Positions 1 through 10,023 are shown, numbered from the stretch's first letter. The stretch is 64,000 bases of DNA from Candidatus Melainabacteria bacterium (GCA_023250195.1 JAHFBF010000004.1:5675-69674), one strand, 5' to 3'. A program made the numbers and translations. The notes: a model not told the origin generated them from the letters alone.

Positions 1-481
1 GATCTTCTAATCTTCTTCTGATTTCTTCTTCCTCTTCCTTAGAATACACTTCTTGGGCTTGTTCAGGGATGATTTTTTCAAAAACCAAATACTCAATTAT
101 TTCCTTTGCATTTTCTTTTGGATTATCTTTCAGGCTTAAATCTAAATCACAAAGTAGATCTTTAACATCGCCTATGTTTATTTGTAAATAATTTGAATAG
201 TTTTTCTTAACCGTTTTTCTGTCTTCGACTGAAGCATTAGGTGAGATTATTAGGACAAAAACTCCATTTCGATGTAGTAAATTTCCTAAGAAACCTAATC
301 TATCTGTAAATGTAACTTTGTCTTCCGGTGTATCTTTTAGACCGCGTCCCAAAAGCTCACGAATTTCACTTTCAACGATAAGCTCTACATAATTATCCCG
401 GTTAATTAATTCTTCACCTACAAATTCAGCAATTGTAGTTAAGGTTTCTTCTTTGTTTCCGCAAAACCAGATAGTTTTCAT
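1..481 (-). CDS. APS-kinase (CysC)-like protein with degenerate P-loop, 3' end off window (not in ORF track)
   Basis: Manual translation MKTIWFCGNKEETLTTIAEFVGEEL...VELIVESEIRELLGRGL...DRLGFLGNLLHRNGVFVLI...YSKEEEEEIRRRLED follows the CysC layout; starts 4 nt after the upstream gene's stop. Confidence 0.65.
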   Translation of the reverse strand, partial: MKTIWFCGNKEETLTTIAEFVGEELINRDNYVELIVESEIRELLGRGLKDTPEDKVTFTDRLGFLGNLLHRNGVFVLIISPNASVEDRKTVKKNYSNYLQINIGDVKDLLCDLDLSLKDNPKENAKEIIEYLVFEKIIPEQAQEVYSKEEEEEIRRRLED

Positions 482-485
482 AATG

Positions 486-1919
486 TTATCCCCGTAGAGG
501 CGTTGCATTCAACGCCTCTACGATTGATTTTCCCTGCATATCACTAGGTATATTAATACCCAACAAATTCAAAACTGTTGGTGCTATATCCATCAAATGC
601 TGTTTGTCATTTCTTTTTCCGTTGAAGTTATGAGCTGGATTATATAGCATGTACATTCCTTCCTGAGCATGATTGGCATCATCTGGACCGGTATCGTTTT
701 CATAAGTATAAATTGAATGTAAGGGCATGCCATGGCGTGTCCCTACACTGCCAACTGATCTCCACCTTAACTCATCAAAAATTACAATTAAATCAGGGGG
801 AATCCTTTTTACATCTTTATAGGTCTCTTCTGGAATATAAGCAACAGTGGCTAATTTTCTGCCCTGCTCATCTTTTATATTTTCAATTTTTTCTTTTAAT
901 TCAGCTCTAAACTTTTTATATTCACTGGCAGGAATCTGTCCATTTGGTTCTCTTCCTTGAATATTTAGAAAAATACGCGCATAATAGCCACCCGAACCCC
1001 AGACTTTTGTTTTCTCCCAGTCGATTTGTAATTTTTCAATCGGAGTAAATGTCTTTGGATATTCTTTTAGTGTTAATAAACCTTCTTTTATTAACCATTC
1101 ATTTATGCAGATCCCACCAAGCATTGCTTTTGCACCATGATCAGAAACTACCATTACTGCAGTTTCATTTAAATCAACTAATTTAAGAGTTTCAGCCAGT
1201 TCATTGTCCAGATAGTTATAATATTCAGGAATAACATTTTCATATTTATTTCCTTTTTCATATTTTGGATGAGTTGGATCTAAAAACTTCCAGAAACTGT
1301 GATGAATACGATCAGTTCCCATTTCAACAATCATTGCAAAATCCCATTCTTTGTTTTTTAAAAGATGCCTGAATGTTTTAAATCTTATTTTTGTAGCTTC
1401 ATAAATTTGTTTTAAAATAGAATCCCTGTCTTCAGTTCTGAAGTGTTTTACATCAGGAATATACTCACCAATATTTTTTTCTATTTCATCTCTCAATTCA
1501 TTTGGATAAGTGTATTGAGATTTTATGCTTGGGGTTAGAAAACAGGTAACCATGTGTCCGTTTATTGGCCTTGGTGGGTAAGTCTGTGGAACACCGACAA
1601 GAATCGATTTTTTATTATTTTTTCCTAAGATATCCCAAACAGCAGGTTCTAAAATATCGGCACCGTTTGAAAAGTACTGACCGTCATAGCTATAATCTTT
1701 TCTGTTTCTAAAACCGTAAACCCCAAGTTGTCCTGGATCTTTGCTTGTTAACATGCATTGCCATGCGGGGACTGTAATTGGTGGAATAGTACTTCTTAAA
1801 TTTCCATATAAACCTTTTTTTAGAAGAGATTTTAAAGTAGGTAAATCATCGATCCATTTGTCGAAAACCCAGTCTGGTGGTGCACAGTCCCAACCAATAA
1901 TTAATACTTGTTTTGCCAT
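486..1919 (-). CDS. Alkaline phosphatase superfamily protein (type I phosphodiesterase/nucleotide pyrophosphatase-like)
   Basis: IIGWDCA, STIPPITVPAW, DRIHH, VSDHG, DDANH and DIAPT motifs. Confidence 0.85.
   Translation of the reverse strand: MAKQVLIIGWDCAPPDWVFDKWIDDLPTLKSLLKKGLYGNLRSTIPPITVPAWQCMLTSKDPGQLGVYGFRNRKDYSYDGQYFSNGADILEPAVWDILGKNNKKSILVGVPQTYPPRPINGHMVTCFLTPSIKSQYTYPNELRDEIEKNIGEYIPDVKHFRTEDRDSILKQIYEATKIRFKTFRHLLKNKEWDFAMIVEMGTDRIHHSFWKFLDPTHPKYEKGNKYENVIPEYYNYLDNELAETLKLVDLNETAVMVVSDHGAKAMLGGICINEWLIKEGLLTLKEYPKTFTPIEKLQIDWEKTKVWGSGGYYARIFLNIQGREPNGQIPASEYKKFRAELKEKIENIKDEQGRKLATVAYIPEETYKDVKRIPPDLIVIFDELRWRSVGSVGTRHGMPLHSIYTYENDTGPDDANHAQEGMYMLYNPAHNFNGKRNDKQHLMDIAPTVLNLLGINIPSDMQGKSIVEALNATPLRG
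494..521. repeat. 28-bp GTAG-type palindrome inside CDS 3' end
   Basis: gtagaggcgttgcattcaacgcctctac; encodes VEALNATPL. Confidence 0.85.
719..746. repeat. 28-bp GTAG-type imperfect palindrome, in frame in CDS
   Basis: gtaagggcatgccatggcgtgtccctac; encodes VGTRHGMPL. Confidence 0.8.
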
Positions 1920-1920
1920 T

Positions 1921-2004
1921 TTTTATTAGCTCCAGACAAGCTGGAGCTTTCCTCTCGATTGCTTTAAGTTTGATCGAATTTGCCGGATAAACCGGACAAA
2001 TCCT
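1921..2004 (-). repeat. Two-hairpin dispersed element, directly upstream of start codon
   Basis: rc aggatttgtccggtttatccggcaaattcgatc...agctccagcttgtctggagctaataaaaa-ATG; similar to copies at 7732 and 40788. Confidence 0.8.
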
Positions 2005-2104
2005 TTCAGTTGCAATGCGTAAGAAATCTTACCTGAATTATGATAACAGATTGATCGAAATTGTTTGTTGTAGCGACGCGATTAATAAGGGTTGCTACTT
2101 ATGG

Positions 2105-3889
2105 TTATTTTAAAGTACTTCCTATCAATATCCCGTTTGCATAGTAATTGCCGCTTGGTGAGTCAGGCAGGATGTCATAAGTGTGACTGTAAATATAAGG
2201 TATAAGCTTGGCTTCAACTACAAGGCGTTCACCCAGAAGATCTCCCATTTTTAAATCTTTAAATATTTTTCCATCTGCTGTAGGATGCCCTGGGCTTATT
2301 TCAAGTATTGTTCCGTCATTAAATGTAACTTTCAAAACTTTGTGATTTTTAACAGGGGTTTTGCTTACTTTTTTTACTTTTACGATTTTCCCATTATCAG
2401 TAAGCACAAGCTCTCCTTCTCTTATATCGGCAATTCTTTTTTGTTCACCATTAGTTTTAATCCTTGTATCTGGTGAACAGCAGATAGGAACAGGGCATCC
2501 CAGAGGATAGCAGCCATAAGCAGGTAAACCACTGCATTCTGTTCCTTCTGGGCATGAAAGTTCCTGTCCGTTTTCTCCACGGCAATTTCCTTTTGGGCTG
2601 CAATCTTTAATTTCACCTGAGCTTGATGAAACAGTCCTGCAGCCCAGGAAGTCAGGACTGCAGGTAGTGCTATTTAAACACTCTTTTACTTCGCAGGTTT
2701 CATTTTCTTTACAGCAGAATGAGCCGCATTTATTTTTACAAACATCTCTCGGGCAGTTCTTTAATGGGCTTAGCTTCTTTGCTGAAAAAGTTTGATCATT
2801 GTCAGTTGAAATAAGCAAATGTTTTTTATCAGTTAACTTTAAATTTAATTCTTTAGTTAAAGCATTTTCATTTTTAATGGTTATAGAAACCTCGTTATTT
2901 GAAATTATATTTTGTGAGTCTATAATTCCATTTTCAATATCCCCCACAATATTAACCATTCCTTCTAAATTGTTATTTTTAACGCAGAGCTTTAATGTAA
3001 TTGCTTTTAAGCCATCACATTTTTCACAATGACCACATTTGTGACATGTTTGAGGAATAAATGTAAAACCTTTAGTACAAAGAATTGCAATTTGTGGACA
3101 GAGAATGCAGTCAGGTCCTTCATCATTAGGACTTATACCAGCACCATTACAGTCTAATGATTTGCCTCTCCATATCCCGGAGAAATCTTTATTTAAAGTA
3201 ATTGAACTTCCAGAGCTTGATTGTGAAAATTGACATGGATCAGCAAAGTAAAATATCTGATTACATTTTCCGTTTGAACAAGAATAATTTTTAAATGTAC
3301 CGCTGCTTGAACAAATGCCTGAAGGACAATCATCATCAGTAGAACAACTTAAATCTCCAGAACTTGAAGAATTGCATTCCCCTTCAGTGACTTTTTTAAT
3401 ACCAATGGCACTTGCAAAGCATTTGTTGCTGTAAGTTATACCATCACAGCCACAGACAGGTGCAAATTCTAAAGTACAGGCAATATCATCTCCACCTTTA
3501 ACGCAGGTATTTGTATCAAACCTAAAACCTTTTTGACATTTACATTTGGTTTCGATGTCTCCAGAAGAACTTGATGATAGGCAGACACACTTGCAGATTC
3601 TCGGATCATAAGTTCCAAATTTTGATTTACATCCGGCAGGTTCACCAGCACAATCAGTTTGTATTTGCGGGCAGTCAGAGGGTATACAATGAGCACATTC
3701 ATTGCATGTTTGTGGAACAGCAACTTCATTGCTGGAGCAATTAGGAATTTCTTGAATACAAGGTATACATTCAGCTGGGCTGCTTGATGAGCTTGAACTT
3801 ATCTGCCCATTACTTTTTTCTAAAGATAAAAAAGTAATGCTTGTAAGCAGTATAAAAAGAATAAATGTAACTAAGCTTATTTTTTTCAT
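2105..3889 (-). CDS. Secreted Cys/Ser-rich multidomain protein with Kazal domain and C-terminal Hint domain
   Basis: Signal peptide; CTLEFAPVCGCDGITYSNKC (Kazal); Hint blocks CCSPDT..., SPGHP, TYDI, YYANGILIGS. Confidence 0.8.
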   Translation of the reverse strand: MKKISLVTFILFILLTSITFLSLEKSNGQISSSSSSSPAECIPCIQEIPNCSSNEVAVPQTCNECAHCIPSDCPQIQTDCAGEPAGCKSKFGTYDPRICKCVCLSSSSSGDIETKCKCQKGFRFDTNTCVKGGDDIACTLEFAPVCGCDGITYSNKCFASAIGIKKVTEGECNSSSSGDLSCSTDDDCPSGICSSSGTFKNYSCSNGKCNQIFYFADPCQFSQSSSGSSITLNKDFSGIWRGKSLDCNGAGISPNDEGPDCILCPQIAILCTKGFTFIPQTCHKCGHCEKCDGLKAITLKLCVKNNNLEGMVNIVGDIENGIIDSQNIISNNEVSITIKNENALTKELNLKLTDKKHLLISTDNDQTFSAKKLSPLKNCPRDVCKNKCGSFCCKENETCEVKECLNSTTCSPDFLGCRTVSSSSGEIKDCSPKGNCRGENGQELSCPEGTECSGLPAYGCYPLGCPVPICCSPDTRIKTNGEQKRIADIREGELVLTDNGKIVKVKKVSKTPVKNHKVLKVTFNDGTILEISPGHPTADGKIFKDLKMGDLLGERLVVEAKLIPYIYSHTYDILPDSPSGNYYANGILIGSTLK

Positions 3890-4040
3890 CTACTTCATTT
3901 TACACGCAAATAAAACCCCCAGAGCTTAATTCTCTGGAATTTATTGCCTGCTCAATCAGTAACATAATAAGTAAGAACACACATTGTCTAATTAAAATAA
4001 GATTTTATTTTAGGAGGATGACTTATATTATCTATCATTA

Positions 4041-4829
4041 CTAGAAACAATTAAATGGAGAGTTGGACTTTCTTCCATCAAAACTAATACCATATGAAAA
4101 GGTTCCACTTAATTTTTTATTTCCCGTGAGTTGAAGTATTAGCGTAGCCGGCCCCCCGTTTTTATCCTGCAAATTTAAAAACACTACACTATCAGTAAAT
4201 ATTGTTTGGGAAATTATTGTTCCACTGTCTAAAATACCGGGATGATCTACTGTACCTTTTAATTGTCCATCACTTATACAAAGATTTAAAGTGATTGTTT
4301 TAGATGCTTTTACACAGTGAGCGCACTTTGTACAAATTTTTGGTAAAAATACTTGACCTTCCTTGCAACTAGAATTCTGGTTGGAGCAGTTTTGAATTTC
4401 CGGGCAATTGATTAAGCTGTTTGGATTAACATTAGTTCTTAAATCAGTCCCTTTCCAGATGCCTACAAAATTTGGGTTTAAGTTTGATGATCCTGAAGAA
4501 CTTGCTGGAGTAATAACTCCTGAGGAAGTGCTGGAACTGGAAGATGTAGAGCTGCAGAAATCAGCATCAGGATCTGAAGAGGTACCAGTTACACATACTG
4601 ATGTACATTCTCCACTTAGAGATACGCACTTTGGGGTACCTTTATCTGCAGGACATTTCACTGGTCGTGAATTACTGCAGATAGGTTTACTGTTGCCAGA
4701 GTTACAATTATTGCAAAATGGAGAGTCAGTTTGACCAGACATTTTATTAAAACTTAAAAAGTTAAAACATAAAACTAAAATCGAGATCAAAATCAAAAGT
4801 CTAATCTTAATAACATTTATTTTTTTCAT
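4041..4829 (-). CDS. Secreted Cys/Ser-rich protein, partial paralogue of 2105..3889
   Basis: Signal peptide; shares LNxxFxGIWxG...C..G..F.P..C.KC.HC.K...ITLxLC module. Confidence 0.75.
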   Translation of the reverse strand: MKKINVIKIRLLILISILVLCFNFLSFNKMSGQTDSPFCNNCNSGNSKPICSNSRPVKCPADKGTPKCVSLSGECTSVCVTGTSSDPDADFCSSTSSSSSTSSGVITPASSSGSSNLNPNFVGIWKGTDLRTNVNPNSLINCPEIQNCSNQNSSCKEGQVFLPKICTKCAHCVKASKTITLNLCISDGQLKGTVDHPGILDSGTIISQTIFTDSVVFLNLQDKNGGPATLILQLTGNKKLSGTFSYGISFDGRKSNSPFNCF

Positions 4830-5023
4830 AGAAGCTGCCTTTTAAGAACCTTATGAATAATGTTAAATATTAGCATTTACAGGCTTTAAACTTTTATATC
4901 TTTACAGGAGCTACTTGGTAGAATAATGAGGTATTCTGAAAATCATTATTTTGTTTGTTCTTACTTTAATGCTAAATGACGAGTGTATACTGAAAATAAG
5001 AATTCTAACTTTATTGCAAGTAA

Positions 5024-5272
5024 AGGTTTTGTCCAATTTATTTGGCAAAACCGATCAATCAAAAAGTGAGGCAGCTAAATAGCGAGGAGTCTGCATAGCA
5101 GCTCCGAAGCGTTATAAAATAAAAAGTAGATATTCTTCCTCACGATTATAGGATTTGTCTGGTTTATCCAGCAAATCCGATCCAGCGAAAAGTGAGAAAG
5201 CTAAAAGCGAAGGAGTCATCGTAGTTCCTCAAGTGAAAATTAAAAAAACGAAGATGCGACTGAGCGTTATAA
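5024..5272 (+). repeat. Two tandem copies of the two-hairpin element upstream of tRNA-Ser
   Basis: aggttttgtc...ggcaaaaccgatc...gcgttataa (5024-5119) and aggatttgtc...gcaaatccgatc...gcgttataa (5150-5272). Confidence 0.75.
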
Positions 5273-5362
5273 GGAGAGGTGGCTGAGTGGTCGAAAGCGG
5301 CATCCTGCTAAGATGTTGTAGGGTCAAAAGCTCTACCGAGGGTTCGAATCCCTCCCTCTCCG
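5273..5362 (+). tRNA. tRNA-Ser(GCT), CCA not encoded
   Basis: GGAGAGG/CCTCTCC acceptor stem, CTGCTAA anticodon loop, long variable arm, GGTTCGAATCC. Confidence 0.95.
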
Positions 5363-5459
5363 AGTTTTTATATAGTGCTCCGCATTTCATAATGAAATGC
5401 TTCACTTTTTTCGGGCTCATTTAACTACGTTCCGATTTTTCGTATACAGAAAAATCTCC
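5363..5459 (-). repeat. Two-hairpin element abutting tRNA-Ser 3' end
   Basis: rc gagatttttc...gaaaaatcggaacg...gcatttcattatgaaatgcggagcactatataaaa; resembles the copy at 25717. Confidence 0.65.
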
Positions 5460-5489
5460 ACTTGAGATTTTGTTAGACAAAATTAGTGA

Positions 5490-6050
5490 CTAGTTATCAT
5501 AAAACTTAATTCCTCTAAAATTTTTTAGGTCATTTATTTCTTTATCAGCTACATAAAATCCAATTTTTCTTTTCGGTTTTACTTCAGGCTCTGTTAAATG
5601 TTTTAGAGCTTCAAATACAACTTGGAATTGTTTGTCATACTTTCTCTCAATTTCTTCAATTTTTTTTCTTAAGTCTTTATTGGTTTCAATCATTTCTCTG
5701 AACTTAGTAAATGTACGCATAATTTGAATATTTACCATTACTGCTCTTTTACTGTTAAGTACACTAGAAAGCATTGCCACACCTTGTTCTGTAAAAGCAT
5801 AAGGTAAATGCCCTCCTAGACTTTGTTTTGAAGGTATCACAAAATGTGATACCATGCTTTCTACTTCTTCACTTGTAAGCTGAAACATAAAATCGTCAGG
5901 AAAGCGCTCTTTGTTTCTTTTAACTTGTTGCCTTAAAGCTATAGGTTTAACTTTATAAAGTTCAGCTAGAGTACTATCCAGCATAATTTTCTTTCCTCTA
6001 ATAAGATAAATTTTACTTTCTACTTTTTCTGCCAGAATTAAATTTGTCAT
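5490..6050 (-). CDS. ORF6N (KilA-N-like) DNA-binding domain protein
   Basis: IRGKKIMLDSTLAELY...VKRNKERFPDDFMFQLT...PYAFTEQGVAMLSSVLNS. Confidence 0.9.
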   Translation of the reverse strand: MTNLILAEKVESKIYLIRGKKIMLDSTLAELYKVKPIALRQQVKRNKERFPDDFMFQLTSEEVESMVSHFVIPSKQSLGGHLPYAFTEQGVAMLSSVLNSKRAVMVNIQIMRTFTKFREMIETNKDLRKKIEEIERKYDKQFQVVFEALKHLTEPEVKPKRKIGFYVADKEINDLKNFRGIKFYDN

Positions 6051-6090
6051 GCAGAGATTGAATCACAACTGATCAATATCATAGTTAAGA

Positions 6091-6137
6091 TGTCACCTAC
6101 GGTTACACTTTCATAACAGATGTAACCCTGGGTTACA
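6091..6137. promoter_or_regulatory. Pair of palindromic TGT(A/C)ACC-N3-GGTTACA sites, candidate operator
   Basis: tgtcacctacggttaca (6091) and tgtaaccctgggttaca (6121), 30 bp apart, each preceded by aga. Confidence 0.5.
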
Positions 6138-6361
6138 TAAGATTTTTTAATTTGGAAAACCCTACAGTTGCTAGAACAATAATTTGTTATACCAAATTTC
6201 AACTAGGATGAAAATCATTTTGAAATGTCCTTGACTAGAGCATTTTCTTTAATGTTTTGAAAGTTTTTACAAGAAATACCAAATAAATTTAATGTATTTT
6301 TTTATGCGTGTTAGAATATTTTGACGGTTTAATAAAAGTAAGTTATTTAAGGAGAATAATA

Positions 6362-6790
6362 ATGAAAGCAAGAGGACCATTGGGAACACCAGGTGAAAGT
6401 AGTGGTGGTAGCAGAAATGCTAAGTTAGCTGATGCAAGAGCTTTAATAAGAGAATATGATTTGGCTTCTATAGATGGTATTGAAGCTAAAGTTTTAAAAT
6501 TATTAAATAGGTTTAATGTAGAAGAAGTAGAAACAATAATTGCAGCTAGAGCAGTAGTAAATGAATCTGGAAATGGGAAAGTTGGTTTGGGTAAAGTTGC
6601 TAATTTTGTTGAAGCATTTGGTTTAACAGCTGATGCTTCTGATGAAATTGCAGGAACGTTAATATCATTACAGGAACAAGCTAATGAAGGAAGTAGAAAA
6701 TATAATTTTAATGACCTTATAGATGCGTTGATCCATATTTCAACCAGATATGAGGGTCTTTCGCCTGACGCATGTTTAGCATACCTTTAA
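6362..6790 (+). CDS. Hypothetical protein
   Basis: ORF; start moved to the ATG after AAGGAG RBS. Confidence 0.6.
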   Translation: MKARGPLGTPGESSGGSRNAKLADARALIREYDLASIDGIEAKVLKLLNRFNVEEVETIIAARAVVNESGNGKVGLGKVANFVEAFGLTADASDEIAGTLISLQEQANEGSRKYNFNDLIDALIHISTRYEGLSPDACLAYL

Positions 6791-6923
6791 TTTAGCTTAT
6801 GAGAAAATAGATTAAGATGCATAAGGCAATTTTACTGCTCGTGTCTTTTACTAGATAGCTTTTTTCTTTTATTTTAATTTCACTGGAGTTTACAAATATA
6901 CATTGTAAAATTAGATCTGTATC

Positions 6924-7697
6924 ATGCCAAAACAATTTATTGATATTTCAATGCCGTTGGAAAATGATGTGGTCTCTGATCCGGAAGGCTATAGACCGCA
7001 AATTACTTATATTAATCATAATCAAAGTGTTAATCAGGTCTTAGATTTTTTCCCCGGATTAAAGAAAGAAGATTTACCTGATGGTGAAGCATGGGCAATT
7101 GAATATGTTTCACTAATTACACACAATGGCACTCATTTAGATGCCCCATATCACTTTCACTCTACTATGAATAAAGGAGAGCGCTCTATCACTATTGATG
7201 AAGTCCCGCTTGAATGGTGCTTTCAGCCAGGAGTAAAACTTGACTTTAGACATTTTCCTGATGGATACGTAGTTCAAAAAAGAGATGTAGAAAAAGAATT
7301 AGAAAGAATTGAACATAAGCTTAAACCGCTTGAAATTATTCTGGTTAATACAAGAGCCGGGAAACGTTATGGACATAATGACTATGTTTCAAGTGGCTGT
7401 GGAATGGGGAGAGAAGCAACCTTATTTCTTTTAGAACAGGGAGTAAGACTTACTGGCACTGATGCCTGGAGTTGGGATGCCCCTTTTGGACATACTAAAG
7501 AAAAATTTGAAAAAACAAAAAATGCTTCTCTAATCTGGGAAGGACATAAAGTCGGGAAAGATATTGGATATTGTCACCTGGAAAAATTACATAATCTTGA
7601 AGCACTTCCTTCAAACAGATTTATTGTTAGCTGCTTTCCTGTAAAGATAAAAGGTGCTTCAGCAGGCTGGACTAGAGCAGTTGCTATTTTGAACTAA
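6924..7697 (+). CDS. Cyclase family metal-dependent hydrolase (kynurenine formamidase-like)
   Basis: THNGTHLDAPYH, GTDAWSWD, HLEKLHNL. Confidence 0.9.
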   Translation: MPKQFIDISMPLENDVVSDPEGYRPQITYINHNQSVNQVLDFFPGLKKEDLPDGEAWAIEYVSLITHNGTHLDAPYHFHSTMNKGERSITIDEVPLEWCFQPGVKLDFRHFPDGYVVQKRDVEKELERIEHKLKPLEIILVNTRAGKRYGHNDYVSSGCGMGREATLFLLEQGVRLTGTDAWSWDAPFGHTKEKFEKTKNASLIWEGHKVGKDIGYCHLEKLHNLEALPSNRFIVSCFPVKIKGASAGWTRAVAILN

Positions 7698-7731
7698 AAG
7701 ACAAGTTAAAGTAATCGTACTTGCAATTATC

Positions 7732-7815
7732 GGATTTGTCTCATTTATTGAGCAAATCTGATCAAGCGAAAGGAAGCAATTGATGGAAGCTTCAGCTTGT
7801 CTGAAGCACTATAAA
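7732..7815 (+). repeat. Two-hairpin element in guaA leader
   Basis: ggatttgtctc...gagcaaatctgatc...gcttcagcttgtctgaagcactataaa. Confidence 0.75.
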
Positions 7816-7849
7816 GTAGTAAAATTGCATGAAGGCTATTTAAATCATT

Positions 7850-9466
7850 ATGTCTACAAATGTAAATCAAATGTCAAATACAGATCACTATACCGATAGA
7901 AACATTGAGTTTTTTGATTCTGTAATTGTTTTAGATTTTGGATCACAATATTCAGAACTAATTGCAAGAAGAATAAGAGAATTGAATGTTTATTCTGAAC
8001 TTGTTTCTTACAGAACGACACCTGAACAAATTAAAAAGCTCTCACCAAAAGGAATTATCTTATCCGGTGGTCCAAACAGTGTTTACGATAAGGGTGCACC
8101 AGGCTGTGACCCGAAAATATTTGAACTTGGTATTCCCATTCTTGGAGTATGTTATGGCATGCAGCTTATGTCAAAAACTCTGGGTGGAAATGTTATTAAA
8201 GCTGACAAACATGAGTATGGAAAAGCGGTGCTGGAAGTAGATCCGAAAGATAAATTATTTCTGGATCTTGAAAGTAAGTTTGTAAGCTGGATGAGCCATG
8301 GAGACAGTGTTACTAATCTGCCAGATGGATTTACTATAAGTGCAAAAACAAAAAATACCCCCTGTGCTGCCATATCAAACCACGATAAAAAACTTTATGG
8401 TGTTCAATTTCATCCTGAAGTTATCCATACAATGAACGGGCTTGAGGTCCTGAGAAACTTTGTAATAAATATTTGTTTGGCTAGACCATCATGGACAATG
8501 GATAAATTTATCGAGGATGCAATAAGTCAGATTTGTGCAAAGGTCGGTGATAAGAGGGTTTTACTGGCACTATCCGGTGGAGTTGACAGCTCTACACTTG
8601 CATTTCTATTACACAAAGCTATTCCTGAAAAGTTAACCTGCATGTTTATAGATCAGGGGTTTATGAGAAAAGGAGAACCTGAAAGACTAACTACTACTTT
8701 TCAAAATGAATTTTCCATTAAGCTTCATTATGTAAATGCTAAAGAAAGATTTGTTTCTGCTCTAAAAGGTATAATTGATCCTGAAGAGAAAAGAAAAATT
8801 ATCGGTAGAGAGTTTATAAGGGTTTTTGAAGAAGAGTCTAAAAAGGTCGGCCCATTTGATTATTTAGCACAAGGGACCTTATATCCTGATGTAATTGAAT
8901 CAGCAGATTCAAACGTTGATCCAAAGACCGGAGAACGTGTAGCCGTAAAAATAAAATCCCATCACAATGTCGGCGGACTTCCAAAAGATCTTCAGTTTAA
9001 ATTAATTGAACCGTTTAGGAAACTTTTTAAGGATGAAGTCAGAAAAGTAGCCAGGCAGCTTGCTGTTCCAAAAAGAATCATTGAGCGACATCCTTTTCCC
9101 GGGCCCGGTCTTGCCATAAGAATCATTGGAGAAGTTGATGAAGAAAAGCTTCATAGGCTTAGAGAAGCCGACTCAATAATTAGAGATGAAATAAATAAAT
9201 CCGGCTTATACAATTCTATCTGGCAGGTGTTTGGAGTACTGTTACCCATTCAAAGCGTTGGCGTAATGGGAGATAAAAGAACTTATTCAAACCCAATTGT
9301 ACTTAGGGCAGTAACCAGTGAAGACGGCATGACAGCGGACTGGGCAAAGCTGCCTTATGAAGTTTTAGAAAAAATTAGCACGCGTTTAGTGAATGAAGTT
9401 CCTGGAATTAATAGAGTAGTCTATGACATCACATCTAAACCACCGGCTACCATTGAGTGGGAGTAA
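7850..9466 (+). CDS. guaA: GMP synthase (glutamine-hydrolysing)
   Basis: [45 protein letters not shown]. Confidence 0.98.
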   Translation: MSTNVNQMSNTDHYTDRNIEFFDSVIVLDFGSQYSELIARRIRELNVYSELVSYRTTPEQIKKLSPKGIILSGGPNSVYDKGAPGCDPKIFELGIPILGVCYGMQLMSKTLGGNVIKADKHEYGKAVLEVDPKDKLFLDLESKFVSWMSHGDSVTNLPDGFTISAKTKNTPCAAISNHDKKLYGVQFHPEVIHTMNGLEVLRNFVINICLARPSWTMDKFIEDAISQICAKVGDKRVLLALSGGVDSSTLAFLLHKAIPEKLTCMFIDQGFMRKGEPERLTTTFQNEFSIKLHYVNAKERFVSALKGIIDPEEKRKIIGREFIRVFEEESKKVGPFDYLAQGTLYPDVIESADSNVDPKTGERVAVKIKSHHNVGGLPKDLQFKLIEPFRKLFKDEVRKVARQLAVPKRIIERHPFPGPGLAIRIIGEVDEEKLHRLREADSIIRDEINKSGLYNSIWQVFGVLLPIQSVGVMGDKRTYSNPIVLRAVTSEDGMTADWAKLPYEVLEKISTRLVNEVPGINRVVYDITSKPPATIEWE

Positions 9467-9754
9467 AATAACCTCTCCACTATTTGGAGGATAAAAGTAA
9501 CTACTCAGCTAGTGTAACTTAACCTACAATAATAAATTAAGGGATACTCTGCAAAGCCCGCCAAGCAACTTAGGAGGAAGGATGGTGGTGAATAATTACG
9601 GATAAAAACTCTAAATTTCTAATTAACTGGTGTGATAAATCTCATAAAAAGACATTAAATCTGGATAATTTAACCTGAGATTAACTTAACTCTGGTTAGT
9701 TTTTTAATGGTTTTGTCTATATAGTAGTTGGTCACCTTGTAAGGAGATTTCAAT

Positions 9755-10009
9755 ATGCTAAATGTAATTAAAGCATTTTTGGTAACAGTTTTAGTTTTTT
9801 CTATTTGCAGTCTAAGCTCATATGCAACTTCACCGGAAGAATACTGTAAAATCCATGAAGATAGTGGTGCCCCCGGTGTATGCACTACCCGTGGAAACTG
9901 TGTAGTACTAACCACAAATCTTGGGATAGACGAGTGCAAATTGTGTACTGATGGTGGCTGCGAATTAGTTGATAATTGTGACCAATGTCCTGAATCTGAA
10001 CCTGAATAA
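9755..10009 (+). CDS. Small secreted Cys-rich protein
   Basis: AAGGAG RBS, signal peptide, 8 Cys in the mature part. Confidence 0.65.
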   Translation: MLNVIKAFLVTVLVFSICSLSSYATSPEEYCKIHEDSGAPGVCTTRGNCVVLTTNLGIDECKLCTDGGCELVDNCDQCPESEPE

Positions 10010-10023
10010 AACAAGTCTTAAAA

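Noticed and set aside
2105..4829. CxxCxHC motifs as c-type heme sites
   Set aside because: Spacing is CxxC-x-H, not CxxCH; context suggests disulfide modules.
5363..6790. Prophage or island integrated at tRNA-Ser
   Set aside because: Only an ORF6N gene and one orphan; no integrase and no duplicated tRNA 3' end seen.
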